Source of the DNA: Alphaproteobacteria bacterium
GTDB taxonomy: Bacteria; Pseudomonadota; Alphaproteobacteria; Bin95
Direction: 5' to 3'
NCBI GenBank assembly: GCA_963665325.3
Contig: CAXXWS020000003.1
Coordinates: 1,024,001-1,088,000 of the forward strand
Length of the DNA: 64,000 nucleotides
Shown here: positions 1-9,271 of the stretch, piece by piece
Layout of the letters: every line of letters starts with the position of its first letter
Position numbering within the stretch: position 1 is the stretch's first letter
Notes under the pieces: model-generated
Seen by the model: only the letters and a program-made list of their open reading frames with translations
Told to the model about the DNA's origin: nothing
Databases searched by the model: none
Made by a program: the position numbers and the translations under genes

Positions 1-192
1 CCGAGCGCAATATCGGCCATCTGCCGGAGCATCTGGAGCGGATGGAGCAGGAGCGCATGCCGCCGATGGCGGGCAGGGGCACCCGAGCCGCCCGGCCCAT
101 GGGAGCCGCCCTGCGGGGAGACGGAGCGGGCACCGCCGGCAGCGCGTGTCTGCCCCCGTTCTCCAACCGGCCGGGCACGATCGGGACGCCCT

Positions 193-1152
193 TCATCGCC
201 GCCCCATGTCCAGCACGACCGAAACCGGGCAATGATCGGAGAGCGGGGTTCCGGCGTAGACCAGTTCCTCGAAGCTCCCGGGCACGACCCGGTGCGCGAG
301 CAGACGGCCGTAAACGATATGGTCGATGAACAGGGGATACCTGCCGCCGTTGCACGTCGCCCGCCTCCCCGAGGTCGCGCGATGGAGCTTCAAATGCCCC
401 GGATCGCCGTCGTCGATCCGGGGCCAGAAATCGTCGCCTGGCGCGTCGAAGCGGCGGTTGAAGTCGCCCAGCACCGCGAACGGCGTGCCTTCCGCCGCCC
501 GCGCGTCGATCCACCGCTCCAGCACGGGAATCTGCATCGCGAGCTTCCGACACGCATCCTTGCCGAGCGAGGCGACCGAACCCTGGAAGCAGAACGACTT
601 CAGGTGGATCGAGAGCAGGCGGAGGCTCTCTCCGCTTGCCGATATCCCGATGTCCACCCCGTGGCGCAATCTGCCCCCCGCGCCGAGGGCGGCGAGATCG
701 GGATGGCGTCTTGCCGAAATCGACTTGCGCACCGCAAATGCAGTGCGCTGCGCGTGATTCCTGTCCGAAACGAAGAACCTGTATCGAGCGGGATCGAACA
801 CCCTCGCGAGCGCTCTCTCGTTCTCGACCTCCTGTACCGCGACTACACCCGCATCGAGCCGTTCGGCATGCTGCCGCAATCCACGGAAATCTTCCTCTGT
901 CCTACGGCTGGGCGGCTCGCCCACCCCGTCCCGCAGGTGCTCGATATTCCAGGTCGCGATCTTGATTGTGTCGGCGGATACGGGAGATGCCGAAAGCAGC
1001 GCGCCTGAAATAAAGAGGCAGATTATCGCCGCTGAGAGGGCGCACGCTTTCAGCGGTGTTAGCGGCGACTTCGTTACGGCCCACCTGAACCGGTAGGAGA
1101 AAAACTGGCCGCCATATGCCCGCTGCAACGGACCATCGACACAAGCGCTCAT
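193..1152 (-). CDS. Secreted endonuclease/exonuclease/phosphatase (EEP) family protein (true start probably downstream of 1152)
   Basis: Motifs ATWNIE, VAVQEV, HLKS, GDFN, IDHI and SDHCPV; a hydrophobic signal-like stretch precedes the domain. Confidence 0.85.
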   Translation of the reverse strand: MSACVDGPLQRAYGGQFFSYRFRWAVTKSPLTPLKACALSAAIICLFISGALLSASPVSADTIKIATWNIEHLRDGVGEPPSRRTEEDFRGLRQHAERLDAGVVAVQEVENERALARVFDPARYRFFVSDRNHAQRTAFAVRKSISARRHPDLAALGAGGRLRHGVDIGISASGESLRLLSIHLKSFCFQGSVASLGKDACRKLAMQIPVLERWIDARAAEGTPFAVLGDFNRRFDAPGDDFWPRIDDGDPGHLKLHRATSGRRATCNGGRYPLFIDHIVYGRLLAHRVVPGSFEELVYAGTPLSDHCPVSVVLDMGRR

Positions 1153-1230
1153 GTTTATCCGTCCCTTAACGATCGTGATTGCCGATGGAGGTCATTTGCA
1201 GGCAGTACGCTGGAACCGGCGGGCGTCACC

Positions 1231-2598
1231 TCAACGGACCTTGATGCTTCCCTCGATTCTGGACTTTGTGCCGGCACCGCCGTCCTTTACCGACGTATCC
1301 ACGTCGAAGTCGCCGGTGATTTTCAGGTTGTCGTCAATCGACAGCTGCGCGGCTCCACCCTTCCGATCGTGCGGAAGAAACGCCACGCCGGGCTCCGTCG
1401 GCACCGCTTCCGCCAGCGCCCGGATGTAGATCGCGGCATCCGCGGCCGACAAATTGTTCGTACCGATCTTCTCGGTGACTTTCTCGATTGAGGAGGCGAC
1501 CGCTTCCACCGCGCTGACGCGGGCATTACGGAAGTCGGCCTGAGCGGCGAACAAGTTTCTGCAATGCTCAAGGAACGCATTCCCCGCGAGTCTGGTCGGA
1601 CCCCCGCCGCTGTCGAATGCTTTGTTGATATCGTTCCTGAACTGACCCAGGTGGTTGTGATGCCGCAGGGTCTCGAAGCAGACCTGCGCTTCGTAGTCCT
1701 GGTTGATCGCATTGAGCGTGACCGCGCGGACCGCCTCGGCAACGTCGTCGGCGGCCGACCGGACGCTGGCGCCGTTGGAACCGCTTCCAGGTTCGCTACC
1801 GTCCCGGCCCCGCGTCTCCCTGGCTGCCTTGAGGAAGGAGTCTTTCAGCGCAAGAATGACGTGCTGCCTGCGCTCGATCTGTTTTTCGATGGTCGAGAGT
1901 TCGTGACGTGCCGCCTCGATCGCGGCTCTGCCATTCTCGTCGTTGGGCACCTGGCTCTGGGCCTCAAGCTTGGCCAGGAAAGCCTTAGCGTTCTTGCGCT
2001 CCCGACGCAGGTCGCGCAGCGCCGCCTCCGATTCTTCCAGCGCGCCGGTGATGCGGGCAAGCCGCGTGGCGGGAGCTCCGGAGACTCCTCTACGCGCCGC
2101 GGTCACCGCTCCGGTAAGCTGTTCCACTGCCAGGAGCGCGACGATCTGGTTCTGGAACCGCCGCTGAAGGACGTCGTAGGCGACCGCGTCGATACCGTCG
2201 TTCATGAAGGCTTCGCAAAGCCGGAAATATGCATCCCGCAGTAGCTGGATCGTCTGGGTGCGCAAGCCAACATAATCCTGCGTTTCGCTTCTCATGAAGA
2301 GGCCCTTCAGCACCGCCTCCAGCACGTCCGCCGATACCTCTCCGCCCAGCGTCTGCGCCGTCGACTGGAGCGCATCCGGGCTGGGCTCAGCGCAGACCGC
2401 CACGCTGGCAATCGGTTTGCTGCGATCGTCGAGCAACGGCTGCCCGTCCGAACCGATCACCGCCCGCCTCACGGAGACTATCGCGCGATGCTTCGCCTCG
2501 ACCAGACGGCTCTTCCCCCGCGAGACGTCAAAGGTATCGCCGTCATGGATACAGCCGGCGATCAGAACCGAAAGACCCAGCAGTACGATCAACCGCAT
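1231..2598 (-). CDS. Uncharacterised lipoprotein with coiled-coil region
   Basis: Lipobox MRLIVLLGLSVLIAG-C; CAEPSPDA and RTQTIQLLRDAYFRLCEA segments; central heptad-rich helix. Confidence 0.8.
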   Translation of the reverse strand: MRLIVLLGLSVLIAGCIHDGDTFDVSRGKSRLVEAKHRAIVSVRRAVIGSDGQPLLDDRSKPIASVAVCAEPSPDALQSTAQTLGGEVSADVLEAVLKGLFMRSETQDYVGLRTQTIQLLRDAYFRLCEAFMNDGIDAVAYDVLQRRFQNQIVALLAVEQLTGAVTAARRGVSGAPATRLARITGALEESEAALRDLRRERKNAKAFLAKLEAQSQVPNDENGRAAIEAARHELSTIEKQIERRQHVILALKDSFLKAARETRGRDGSEPGSGSNGASVRSAADDVAEAVRAVTLNAINQDYEAQVCFETLRHHNHLGQFRNDINKAFDSGGGPTRLAGNAFLEHCRNLFAAQADFRNARVSAVEAVASSIEKVTEKIGTNNLSAADAAIYIRALAEAVPTEPGVAFLPHDRKGGAAQLSIDDNLKITGDFDVDTSVKDGGAGTKSRIEGSIKVR

Positions 2599-3299
2599 CT
2601 CGATCGATCCCGTTCACCGACTTTCTGCACTTGTTCCCGACAGGCGCCGCACCCTCCCTTGTCGAACGGAATCTTGATCCGGGTTCTCGCGATGTATTCG
2701 CGAAGGTCGCTTCTCTTCTTGTCATCCCCGACCAGTCCGACGATTTCCAGCCCACATCCAAAATCGTCGGTCCTGCGAACCAGCTTGCGGGCAATTGACG
2801 CGATCGTGTCATCGCGTACGTAATGGGTCTCCAGCCCCATGGCGGTCTTCAACGCGCCATTCAGCGGCGAACAGCGGCAACTCCCTGGAATTTCTCCCCG
2901 CCTGATACTGATCTTTCGCTCCAGTTTTTCGATCGAGATATCACCGAAGCCGCGAGGAGCGGACAAGGCGGCGGCAATGTTGCTGCAAGGCAGGCAATCC
3001 CTTATCTCCTTCAGCTTATTCAATGCCTCTTGGAGAAGATCGACGTTCTTGTCATTCGCCTTGATCAGCAGTTTCACCGAGTCGAGGAAGAGCTTGTCCG
3101 CTCGGGCATCCCCGCACGCCGGCTTACACGTCGCTCCGGGCGCATCTTGGCCAGTGTTGACGGTCTGGGTATCGGTACCGCCGATGTGAGCAGCCGCAGG
3201 GCCGTTCGCATCGGACGTCCGGTCGGTGCCGGTGCAGGACACCAGCAACAGGGCCGCGATCAGCAGGGCGGGCAGGGACACCGCCGGCGCGTGGATCAC
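2589..3299 (-). CDS. Cysteine-rich helical (TPR-like) lipoprotein
   Basis: GTG at 3299 preceded by GGAGG; lipobox LLIAALLLVS-C; 11 Cys; overlaps the next gene by 10 nt. Confidence 0.65.
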   Translation of the reverse strand: MIHAPAVSLPALLIAALLLVSCTGTDRTSDANGPAAAHIGGTDTQTVNTGQDAPGATCKPACGDARADKLFLDSVKLLIKANDKNVDLLQEALNKLKEIRDCLPCSNIAAALSAPRGFGDISIEKLERKISIRRGEIPGSCRCSPLNGALKTAMGLETHYVRDDTIASIARKLVRRTDDFGCGLEIVGLVGDDKKRSDLREYIARTRIKIPFDKGGCGACREQVQKVGERDRSRCG

Positions 3300-3439
3300 G
3301 GAACCTCCCTGGCCTGGGGAGGGATCGAGCCCCACGGAACGGCGCGGTTTCGTGCTATGTGCCGCCATGGCCGGGCCATCCCTTGCCGGTTTTCGTCAAA
3401 ATCAAGCTGCATAATACTGCTTGCCAGTCGGTCCGCTAC

Positions 3440-3649
3440 CCGCGCATTCACGATCTCCGGCATTCGCTCGCGGCGGTCGCGGTCAACGGCGGCGAGGGCC
3501 TGCGCGTCGTCGCCGGGTTGCTCGGCCATGCCGACATCAAGACCACCTTCGGCTATGCGCACCTCGCCGAGGACACCGTGTTCGACGCGGCCAACCGGGT
3601 GTCGCGCGGCATTGCCGACATGCTCGACGGCAGGGAGGCGGGCCGATGA
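3440..3649 (+). pseudogene. Tyrosine integrase, C-terminal fragment
   Basis: RIHDLRHS...LLGHADIKTTFGYAHL (HxxR, H and Y catalytic residues) with no N-terminal part. Confidence 0.85.
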
Positions 3650-3777
3650 CCGAACGCAGCCGCCTGACCGATGCGCTCGCGCTCGCGGTCTGTCCGCGCG
3701 AGCGCGAATACGCCATCCACGATACCGCCCTGCAAGGCTTCATGCTGCGCGTCCAGCCGAACGGCGCCTGTAGCTTT
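3646..3777 (+). pseudogene. Tyrosine integrase, N-terminal arm-binding fragment
   Basis: MTERSRLTD...REYAIHDTALQGFMLRVQPNG resembles the N-termini of the integrases at 4111-6408; ATGA overlap with the previous fragment; similarity is lost after ~44 codons. Confidence 0.8.
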
Positions 3778-3779
3778 CC

Positions 3780-4088
3780 GATGCATCGAGAGAGGGCGCG
3801 GCTGAACTTTGGTCGCCTTGTGGAAACGCATGTCGATGGGATCGCATCCCCCAAGTCCATCGCCACATCCGGGCGAACAAGCAGAAGCAGCTCCCCGGGT
3901 TGCGCCGGCGCGGCCTCCGGAAGCGGCAGATCTTCGGCCGTTCCAGCCTCGTTCGTCCCGAGCCGGATCAGCAGGCAATCGCCGCGGCGCGTTTCACCAT
4001 CATCCTCGTCTTCAACCTCCAGGCCGTAGTGCAGCGCCAAGGCGCTCTCAACGAGATGAAACTCAGCCATTGCCAGCACCTTCCCCAT
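3780..4088 (-). other. Possible small acidic hypothetical gene or remnant downstream of the integrases
   Basis: GGAG 4 nt before the ATG at 4088; reads protein-like for ~85 codons, then runs antisense into the integrase fragments. No recognised motif. Confidence 0.25.
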
Positions 4089-4110
4089 TGGTCTCCCATA
4101 CCGCGTCCGG

Positions 4111-5286
4111 TCACCCGGGGGCAGTGCCCGCCCGCGTTGCGCCTGTCATGACGGTATGGACGGCCCGCCCGACCCGTTCGGCTGCGGCCTCGATCTCCCG
4201 GTCTCCGACATGGGCGTAGCGCATCGTCATACTCACATTGCTGTGGCCGAGCAGGCGGGCGACGACCGGCAGCGGCACGCCGTTCATCGCCGCCTGACTG
4301 GCTACGGTATGGCGAAGATCGTGCAGGCGGACGTTGCCTATCCCGGCCTCGCGGCGCGCCCGGTACCAGAGGGGAAGCCCCCGGCATTGAGGACGGGACG
4401 GGTTCCTGACGGAGGGGAACAGCCAGGGGCCGGTTCCCTGCGCCATGCGGCGCCCGACGATCTCCCTGGCCGGGTCGTTGAGCAGGACCGTCCTCGGCCC
4501 GGTCTTCGAGTCTTCGAGCTCGAGCCGGTCGTCCCTGACCTCATCGCGGCAAAGACGCACGATCTCGCCCTTGCGGCAGCCGGTGAGCAGCAGCAGGCGG
4601 ATCGTGTCGGCCTGCTGCGCCTCGGACGCAGAGCCTCCGGCATGGCGGTCGAGAACAAGGTGGAGGCGGGCAATCTCCTCGCGGGACAGGAACCGCGTCA
4701 TCTTCCGGCCGGGATTGCGCCGGATGCCTCTTGTCGGGTTGGTCCCGACATGCCCGAGCGCGCGCGCATGGTTGAGGATGTGGCCGAGCAGGTTAAGGGC
4801 GGCATTGGCCGCCCCCGGTGCGTTCCGGCTGCGGGCCTCGAACCAGCGGACGATCATGCGCCGGCCGATCCGGTCGACGCGGCGGGCCCCGAAGGCCGGA
4901 AGCAGGCGCCGTTCCAGGATGCCCTCGGAGTTCCTCTGCGTGGATGGCTTGAAGCGTGCGAAGCGGTCCGTCTTCCACGGCCCGGCGACGAAATCCCGGA
5001 ACAGCGGCGCCGTTCCGCGAGCCTCGCCGTCCGTGCTGTCGTTCCCGGTCGCCGCCACCTCCATACAGGCGCGGCGTACTTCTTCCACCTTGCGCAGCGC
5101 CGCCGGGCCGAAGGACGCCTTCCTCACGCCCCGATCCGTCTTGCGGTGGTATATGAAGGTCCGGCTGCCGGAGGGGCGTACGCGCACGCCGAGCCCGGCG
5201 ACCTGCGTGTCCCATACGGTATATTCGCGCGCCCCGGCCCGGAGCCGTGCGATGCCCGCGTCGGTCAATCTCCTGCGGTCCGGCAT
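4111..5286 (-). CDS. Tyrosine recombinase/integrase with N-terminal arm-type DNA-binding domain
   Basis: WDTQVAGLGVRVRPSG arm domain; LLTGCRKGEI, KTG, HDLRH, LLGH, MRYAH. Confidence 0.95.
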   Translation of the reverse strand: MPDRRRLTDAGIARLRAGAREYTVWDTQVAGLGVRVRPSGSRTFIYHRKTDRGVRKASFGPAALRKVEEVRRACMEVAATGNDSTDGEARGTAPLFRDFVAGPWKTDRFARFKPSTQRNSEGILERRLLPAFGARRVDRIGRRMIVRWFEARSRNAPGAANAALNLLGHILNHARALGHVGTNPTRGIRRNPGRKMTRFLSREEIARLHLVLDRHAGGSASEAQQADTIRLLLLTGCRKGEIVRLCRDEVRDDRLELEDSKTGPRTVLLNDPAREIVGRRMAQGTGPWLFPSVRNPSRPQCRGLPLWYRARREAGIGNVRLHDLRHTVASQAAMNGVPLPVVARLLGHSNVSMTMRYAHVGDREIEAAAERVGRAVHTVMTGATRAGTAPG

Positions 5287-5289
5287 CGC

Positions 5290-6408
5290 TCAGCTCCCGA
5301 GAATGCCGGCAAGCGCGTCGGCGGCCTCCCGGACCGGGCGGTCGGAAAGGTGGGCGTATCTGAGCGTCGTCTGCGCATTGTCGTGCCCGAGCAGCCGCGC
5401 CGCAGTCGTGACGCTCTCGCCCCCCATGATGGCGATGCTGGCGTAGGTGTGGCGGCAATCGTGCAGCCGGACATCGGCAATCCCCGCTTCCTCCCGGACC
5501 CGGCGCCAGAACTTGTCGAACATGGCCGAGCTCGCCGGGGCCCGCCGCTGGGGCGAAGGAAAGACCCATTGGCCCTCGTGCGGCAGACCGTCCAGCACGG
5601 CGCGGGCCGGCGAGGACAGCCACACCGTCCGGGGACCCGCCTTGCCGTCGCGCAAGAACAGATGCCCCTCCCGGTAGTCCGACCATTCGAGCATCGCGAT
5701 CTCGGTCTTGCGGCAACCGGTCAGCAGCAGCAGGCGAACGAATGCCGCCTTGCGGGGATGGCGCGCCTCGTGACGGTCCAGTACCTGTCCGAGCCGGCGA
5801 AGCTCCGGCCCGGACAGGAAGCGCTCCCGGCCCTTGCGCCGGTAGCGCCGGATGCCCGTGCAGGGATTGCTGCCCTCCGGGCGGTAACCGTAGACCTCCG
5901 CCTGGCGCATGATGACGGAGAGGACCGGCGCGGACCGGTCCGCCGCCACTGGCGTGGCGTGCAGGGAGGCGAACCAGCGCTGCACGTCCTCCCTTGCGAT
6001 GTCGGCGATGTTCATCCCGGCGAACCGGGGCAGGATCGTGCTGCGCAGATAGGTCCGGTTGACCTTGAGGGTTCCGGGTTTCCAGCGCCGCCCATAGCGG
6101 TCGAAGACCTCCTCCGCCACGGTCTCGAACAATCTCTCTTCCGGCAGGACGGGCGTCTCGTCGCGCCGGATCGCGGCAAGAAGCTCCGTGGCCCGCCTGC
6201 GGGCCTCGCCGAGGCAAAGGCCGCCGACGATCCCCACCGTTTTCCAGACCCGGCGACCCTCGTGCTGGCTATGGATGAAGTAGCGTTTGGCCCCCGAGGG
6301 AAGGACGCGAACGCCGAACCCCTTCAGCGCGCTGTCGCGAACATCGTAGGGAGACTGGCGCGGCCTGAGGCCCTCGATCCGGCTCTCCGTGAGGCGGACG
6401 GTTGACAT
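5290..6408 (-). CDS. Tyrosine recombinase/integrase with N-terminal arm-type DNA-binding domain
   Basis: RDSALKGFGVRVLPSG arm domain; LLTGCRKTEI, KAG, HDCRH, LLGH, LRYAH; GGAGG RBS. Confidence 0.95.
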   Translation of the reverse strand: MSTVRLTESRIEGLRPRQSPYDVRDSALKGFGVRVLPSGAKRYFIHSQHEGRRVWKTVGIVGGLCLGEARRRATELLAAIRRDETPVLPEERLFETVAEEVFDRYGRRWKPGTLKVNRTYLRSTILPRFAGMNIADIAREDVQRWFASLHATPVAADRSAPVLSVIMRQAEVYGYRPEGSNPCTGIRRYRRKGRERFLSGPELRRLGQVLDRHEARHPRKAAFVRLLLLTGCRKTEIAMLEWSDYREGHLFLRDGKAGPRTVWLSSPARAVLDGLPHEGQWVFPSPQRRAPASSAMFDKFWRRVREEAGIADVRLHDCRHTYASIAIMGGESVTTAARLLGHDNAQTTLRYAHLSDRPVREAADALAGILGS

Positions 6409-6451
6409 GCTTGTTCCTCCTGCATCCGGTTGCAGGCGGGGGAAACTGCGG

Positions 6452-6482
6452 CTGCAATTGCACCCCGAACCTGCGATTGCAC
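6452..6482. repeat. 12-bp direct repeat pair, candidate integrase arm-binding sites
   Basis: CTGCAATTGCAC (6452-6463) and CTGCGATTGCAC (6471-6482) lie between the integrase start and the presumed att junction. Confidence 0.45.
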
Positions 6483-6510
6483 GAGGAAAAACAAACGCTG
6501 TATCAATACC

Positions 6511-6987
6511 TTAGCATCGAAGATGCGGCACGAAGGTGTAATGGACGCAAACGTCTGTCAGCCCGCCCGTCAACAGCAGTGTATCGACCCGCAGACCCCG
6601 CAGCAGGATTTCCAGATCGGTGCCGTAGAACGCCGAGTAGCGGCGCTTCTGGACGAGGTAGTCCCCGTCGCGGAAACCGGTCACCTCCTTCGCCAAAGCC
6701 GTTTCCGGGTTGTTGTCGAGGCAGTGTATGTCCTCGCTGCCGTCGAGTTCGCGGCCGAAATCCACCAGGTCGGCCCGGTGGATCTCCTGAATGAAGACGA
6801 TCGGGATGTCCACCTCTCGCGCCCGGTCGATGGCTATGCGGGCCCGGGCGACCCGCCCGGCATAGTCCGGCATGTGCGGGATCGAGCGGACCTCCTTCTC
6901 GACGAAGGCGGACTGCTGAATGTCGATGACGATGAGGCCCGGTCGGCCCTCGATCAGGCTGCGCTTGGAATTTCCGGTATCGGTCAT
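6511..6987 (-). pseudogene. Isochorismatase/cysteine hydrolase family protein, 3'-truncated
   Basis: LIVIDIQ, KRRYSAFYGTDL and GGLTDVCVHYT, then an abrupt PHLRC-stop; the family's C-terminal segment is missing. Confidence 0.8.
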
Positions 6988-7049
6988 TTGAGGACTCCGC
7001 TTCAGGTCGGGCCGTTCAGCCCTGTGTCCGGCAATCCCGCACCCCGCCG

Positions 7050-8126
7050 TCAGGCCGCCCGGATCCGGGTCCAGGCCGCTTCGTAGAGCCGCGCGACCTC
7101 CTCGCCCCGGTATAGTGCCGGCTCGCAGGCCGCAAGCGTCTGTTCGCTCGGGAAGATGCCCGGGTTGCCCGTATAGTCCGCCGGCAGCAGCGCCTTCGAG
7201 GCGGCGTTCGGCGTCGCATAGCGGATCGCCTCCGCAATCGCCGCGCCGGCCTCGGCCCCCAGGATGAAATCGATAAAGGCGTGCGCGTTCCCGGGATGCG
7301 GGGCGCCGCGCGGGATGGCGAGGGTATCCTCCCACAGGATGGATCCCTCGCGCGGCACGACATAGGAGATGTCGTCATCCTGCGCCATCGCCTGCAATAT
7401 GTCGCCGTTCCACTCCATCGCGATGTCCACCTCGCCGGAGAGCAGCAGGTCCTGCCCATTGTCCGGCGCGAACAGCTTGAGATGCGGCTTCTGCGCGACA
7501 ATCAGCGTCTCGGCCGCCGCGATGTGCTCCGGGTCGCCGGTATTGAGCGGATGGCCCAGATATTTGAAGGCCGCGCCCAGCACCGTGCCCGCCTCGCTGA
7601 GCAGCGCGCAGCGCCCGCTATGGCGGTCGGAGTCGTAGAGCCAGCGCCAGCTGTCGGGCACGCCCTCGCAGCGGGACTTGCGGTAACCGATCCCCATCGT
7701 GCCCCACATATAGGGGATGGAGTGTTTCCGGCCGGGGTCAAAGACAGCGTCCCGGAAGGCGGGTTCGATATTCGCCATATTGGGGAGGGCCGCGTGGTCG
7801 AGCGGCATTAGCATGTCTTCCGCGATCATGCGCTCGACGAAATCGTTGGTCGGCACGATCACGTCGTAGCCGGGATTGCCCTTCTTCAGCGTTGCGAACA
7901 ACTCGTCATTGTCCGCATAGAGGTCCATCCGGACCGATATGCCGGTCCGCGCCGTGAAGTCCGCAAGGGTGGTCTCGCCGATATAGGTGTCCCAGTTGTA
8001 GAAATTGAGCTTGGGCTCTTCCCCGGCGAGGCCGGCTTGCGGCAGGATCGCGAGGCCCGCCGCCGCCGCGCCCGTGCCGGCAAGGAAGCGGCGGCGCGTC
8101 GGCCGGGTTCCGAAAACCGTGCGCAT
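7050..8126 (-). CDS. Spermidine/putrescine ABC substrate-binding protein (PotD/PotF family), Tat-exported
   Basis: TRRRFL twin-arginine signal; LNFYNWDTYI, YDVIVPT, PYMWGTMGIGY; AGGAG RBS before 8126. Confidence 0.9.
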   Translation of the reverse strand: MRTVFGTRPTRRRFLAGTGAAAAGLAILPQAGLAGEEPKLNFYNWDTYIGETTLADFTARTGISVRMDLYADNDELFATLKKGNPGYDVIVPTNDFVERMIAEDMLMPLDHAALPNMANIEPAFRDAVFDPGRKHSIPYMWGTMGIGYRKSRCEGVPDSWRWLYDSDRHSGRCALLSEAGTVLGAAFKYLGHPLNTGDPEHIAAAETLIVAQKPHLKLFAPDNGQDLLLSGEVDIAMEWNGDILQAMAQDDDISYVVPREGSILWEDTLAIPRGAPHPGNAHAFIDFILGAEAGAAIAEAIRYATPNAASKALLPADYTGNPGIFPSEQTLAACEPALYRGEEVARLYEAAWTRIRAA

Positions 8127-8209
8127 CGGGGTCTCCTGGGTCTTCGGGGCGCGGTCGGGCTGAGTATCGAGGGCACGCATGGAGAAGTCAAATGAGGGGA
8201 CTGCCGGAA

Positions 8210-9052
8210 ATGCACGCTAGAATCGGGGGACGGACACGGATTATCGCGCTTCTTGGCGTGCCGACTGTGACCTTCAAGTCGCCCCTTATCTACAACCCCT
8301 GGTTCCGGAACCAGGGCATCGACTGCATCATGGTGCCGATGGGCTGCGAGGCGGCGGATTTCCGGGCCTTCCTGCCGCTCGTCTTCCGCCTGCGCAACAT
8401 TGCCGGCGCGCTCATCACCATGCCGCACAAGGTGGCGGCGGCGGGCCTGCTGGACGAGGCCGGCCTCGCCGCGGACATCTGCGGATCGTGCAACGCGGTG
8501 AAGCGCGACGGGAACGGCCGTCTGGTCGGCGACATGTTCGACGGCGAGGGCTTCGTCGCCGGCCTTCGCGGCAAGGGCCGCGAGGTCCGAGGCACCTCGG
8601 CGCTTGTCGTGGGATCGGGCGGAGTCGGGTCCGCCATCGCGGCATCGCTCGCACAGGGCGGCGCACGGCACCTGGCCCTTTTCGACATCGACGGAGAGGC
8701 CTGCGACAGGCTCGCGGTCCGGCTGCGCACCCATTACCCGGACCTCGTCCTCAAGACCGCATCGAACGACCCGCAGGGCCATGACATCGTCGTCAACGCA
8801 ACGCCGGTCGGCATGAAACCGGACGACTCCCTGCCGATGGACGTGGAACGCATCGTGCCGGGCAGCTTCGTCGGAGATGTCGTGCTCGCGCAGGAGGAGA
8901 CCCCGTTCCTCGCCGCGGCCCGAGCCAGGGGATGCCAGACCCAGGCCGGGATCGACATGGTCTTCGAGCAGGTCCCGGCCTGTCTGGAATTCTTCGGCTT
9001 CCCCACGGCCGTGCCGGAGGAACTGCGCCGGCTCGCCGAACTCGAGGATTGA
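8210..9052 (+). CDS. Shikimate dehydrogenase family protein
   Basis: KSPLIYN, ITMPHK, CNAV, GSGGVG, VNATPVGM. Confidence 0.9.
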   Translation: MHARIGGRTRIIALLGVPTVTFKSPLIYNPWFRNQGIDCIMVPMGCEAADFRAFLPLVFRLRNIAGALITMPHKVAAAGLLDEAGLAADICGSCNAVKRDGNGRLVGDMFDGEGFVAGLRGKGREVRGTSALVVGSGGVGSAIAASLAQGGARHLALFDIDGEACDRLAVRLRTHYPDLVLKTASNDPQGHDIVVNATPVGMKPDDSLPMDVERIVPGSFVGDVVLAQEETPFLAAARARGCQTQAGIDMVFEQVPACLEFFGFPTAVPEELRRLAELED

Positions 9053-9104
9053 TACCGGCCGGGGGCTTCGACACAGGAGAAGCCGTGGTAAGCTGGACAC
9101 AGGC

Positions 9105-9131
9105 AAAAGGCGGCTTGCGGAGCCGTCTTTT
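9105..9131 (+). terminator. Intrinsic terminator (possibly bidirectional)
   Basis: AAAAGGCGGCT-tgcgg-AGCCGTCTTTT hairpin flanked by A and T tracts. Confidence 0.7.
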
Positions 9132-9271
9132 CGACTCCGGAAACCGAAGGAACCGCATTGTCATGCCGAAGACGGACAGAGGACATGCGCTCATCGGTTT
9201 CGAGCCCTGAACCGCGGCGCGAGGACAGCGGGTCGACCGGCCACCTCGGATCCGGCACCCGGTAAAGCCCG

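Larger units (their letters stand above)
1..6528. mobile_element. One end of an integrative element / genomic island with tandem tyrosine integrases (other end lies outside the window)
   Basis: Two intact integrases plus two integrase fragments and accessory cargo. The host isochorismatase ORF loses family similarity at ~6529, next to an AT-rich tract and short direct repeats. Confidence 0.7.

Noticed and set aside
1-329. ORF 42..329 and other frames at the window edge
   Set aside because: No recognisable motif, overlaps the EEP gene end, and the context is cut off, so the coding frame cannot be chosen.
3404-3431. GCATAA-containing stretch resembling a dif XerC arm
   Set aside because: No TTATG-type XerD arm after a 6-bp spacer.
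4156-6405. 749-aa plus-strand ORF spanning both integrases
   Set aside because: Antisense shadow of two in-phase high-GC genes; no motifs.
1-6500. Integron-like cassette array beside the integrases
   Set aside because: No repeated attC-like sites between the cargo genes, and the integrases are arm-type rather than IntI-like.
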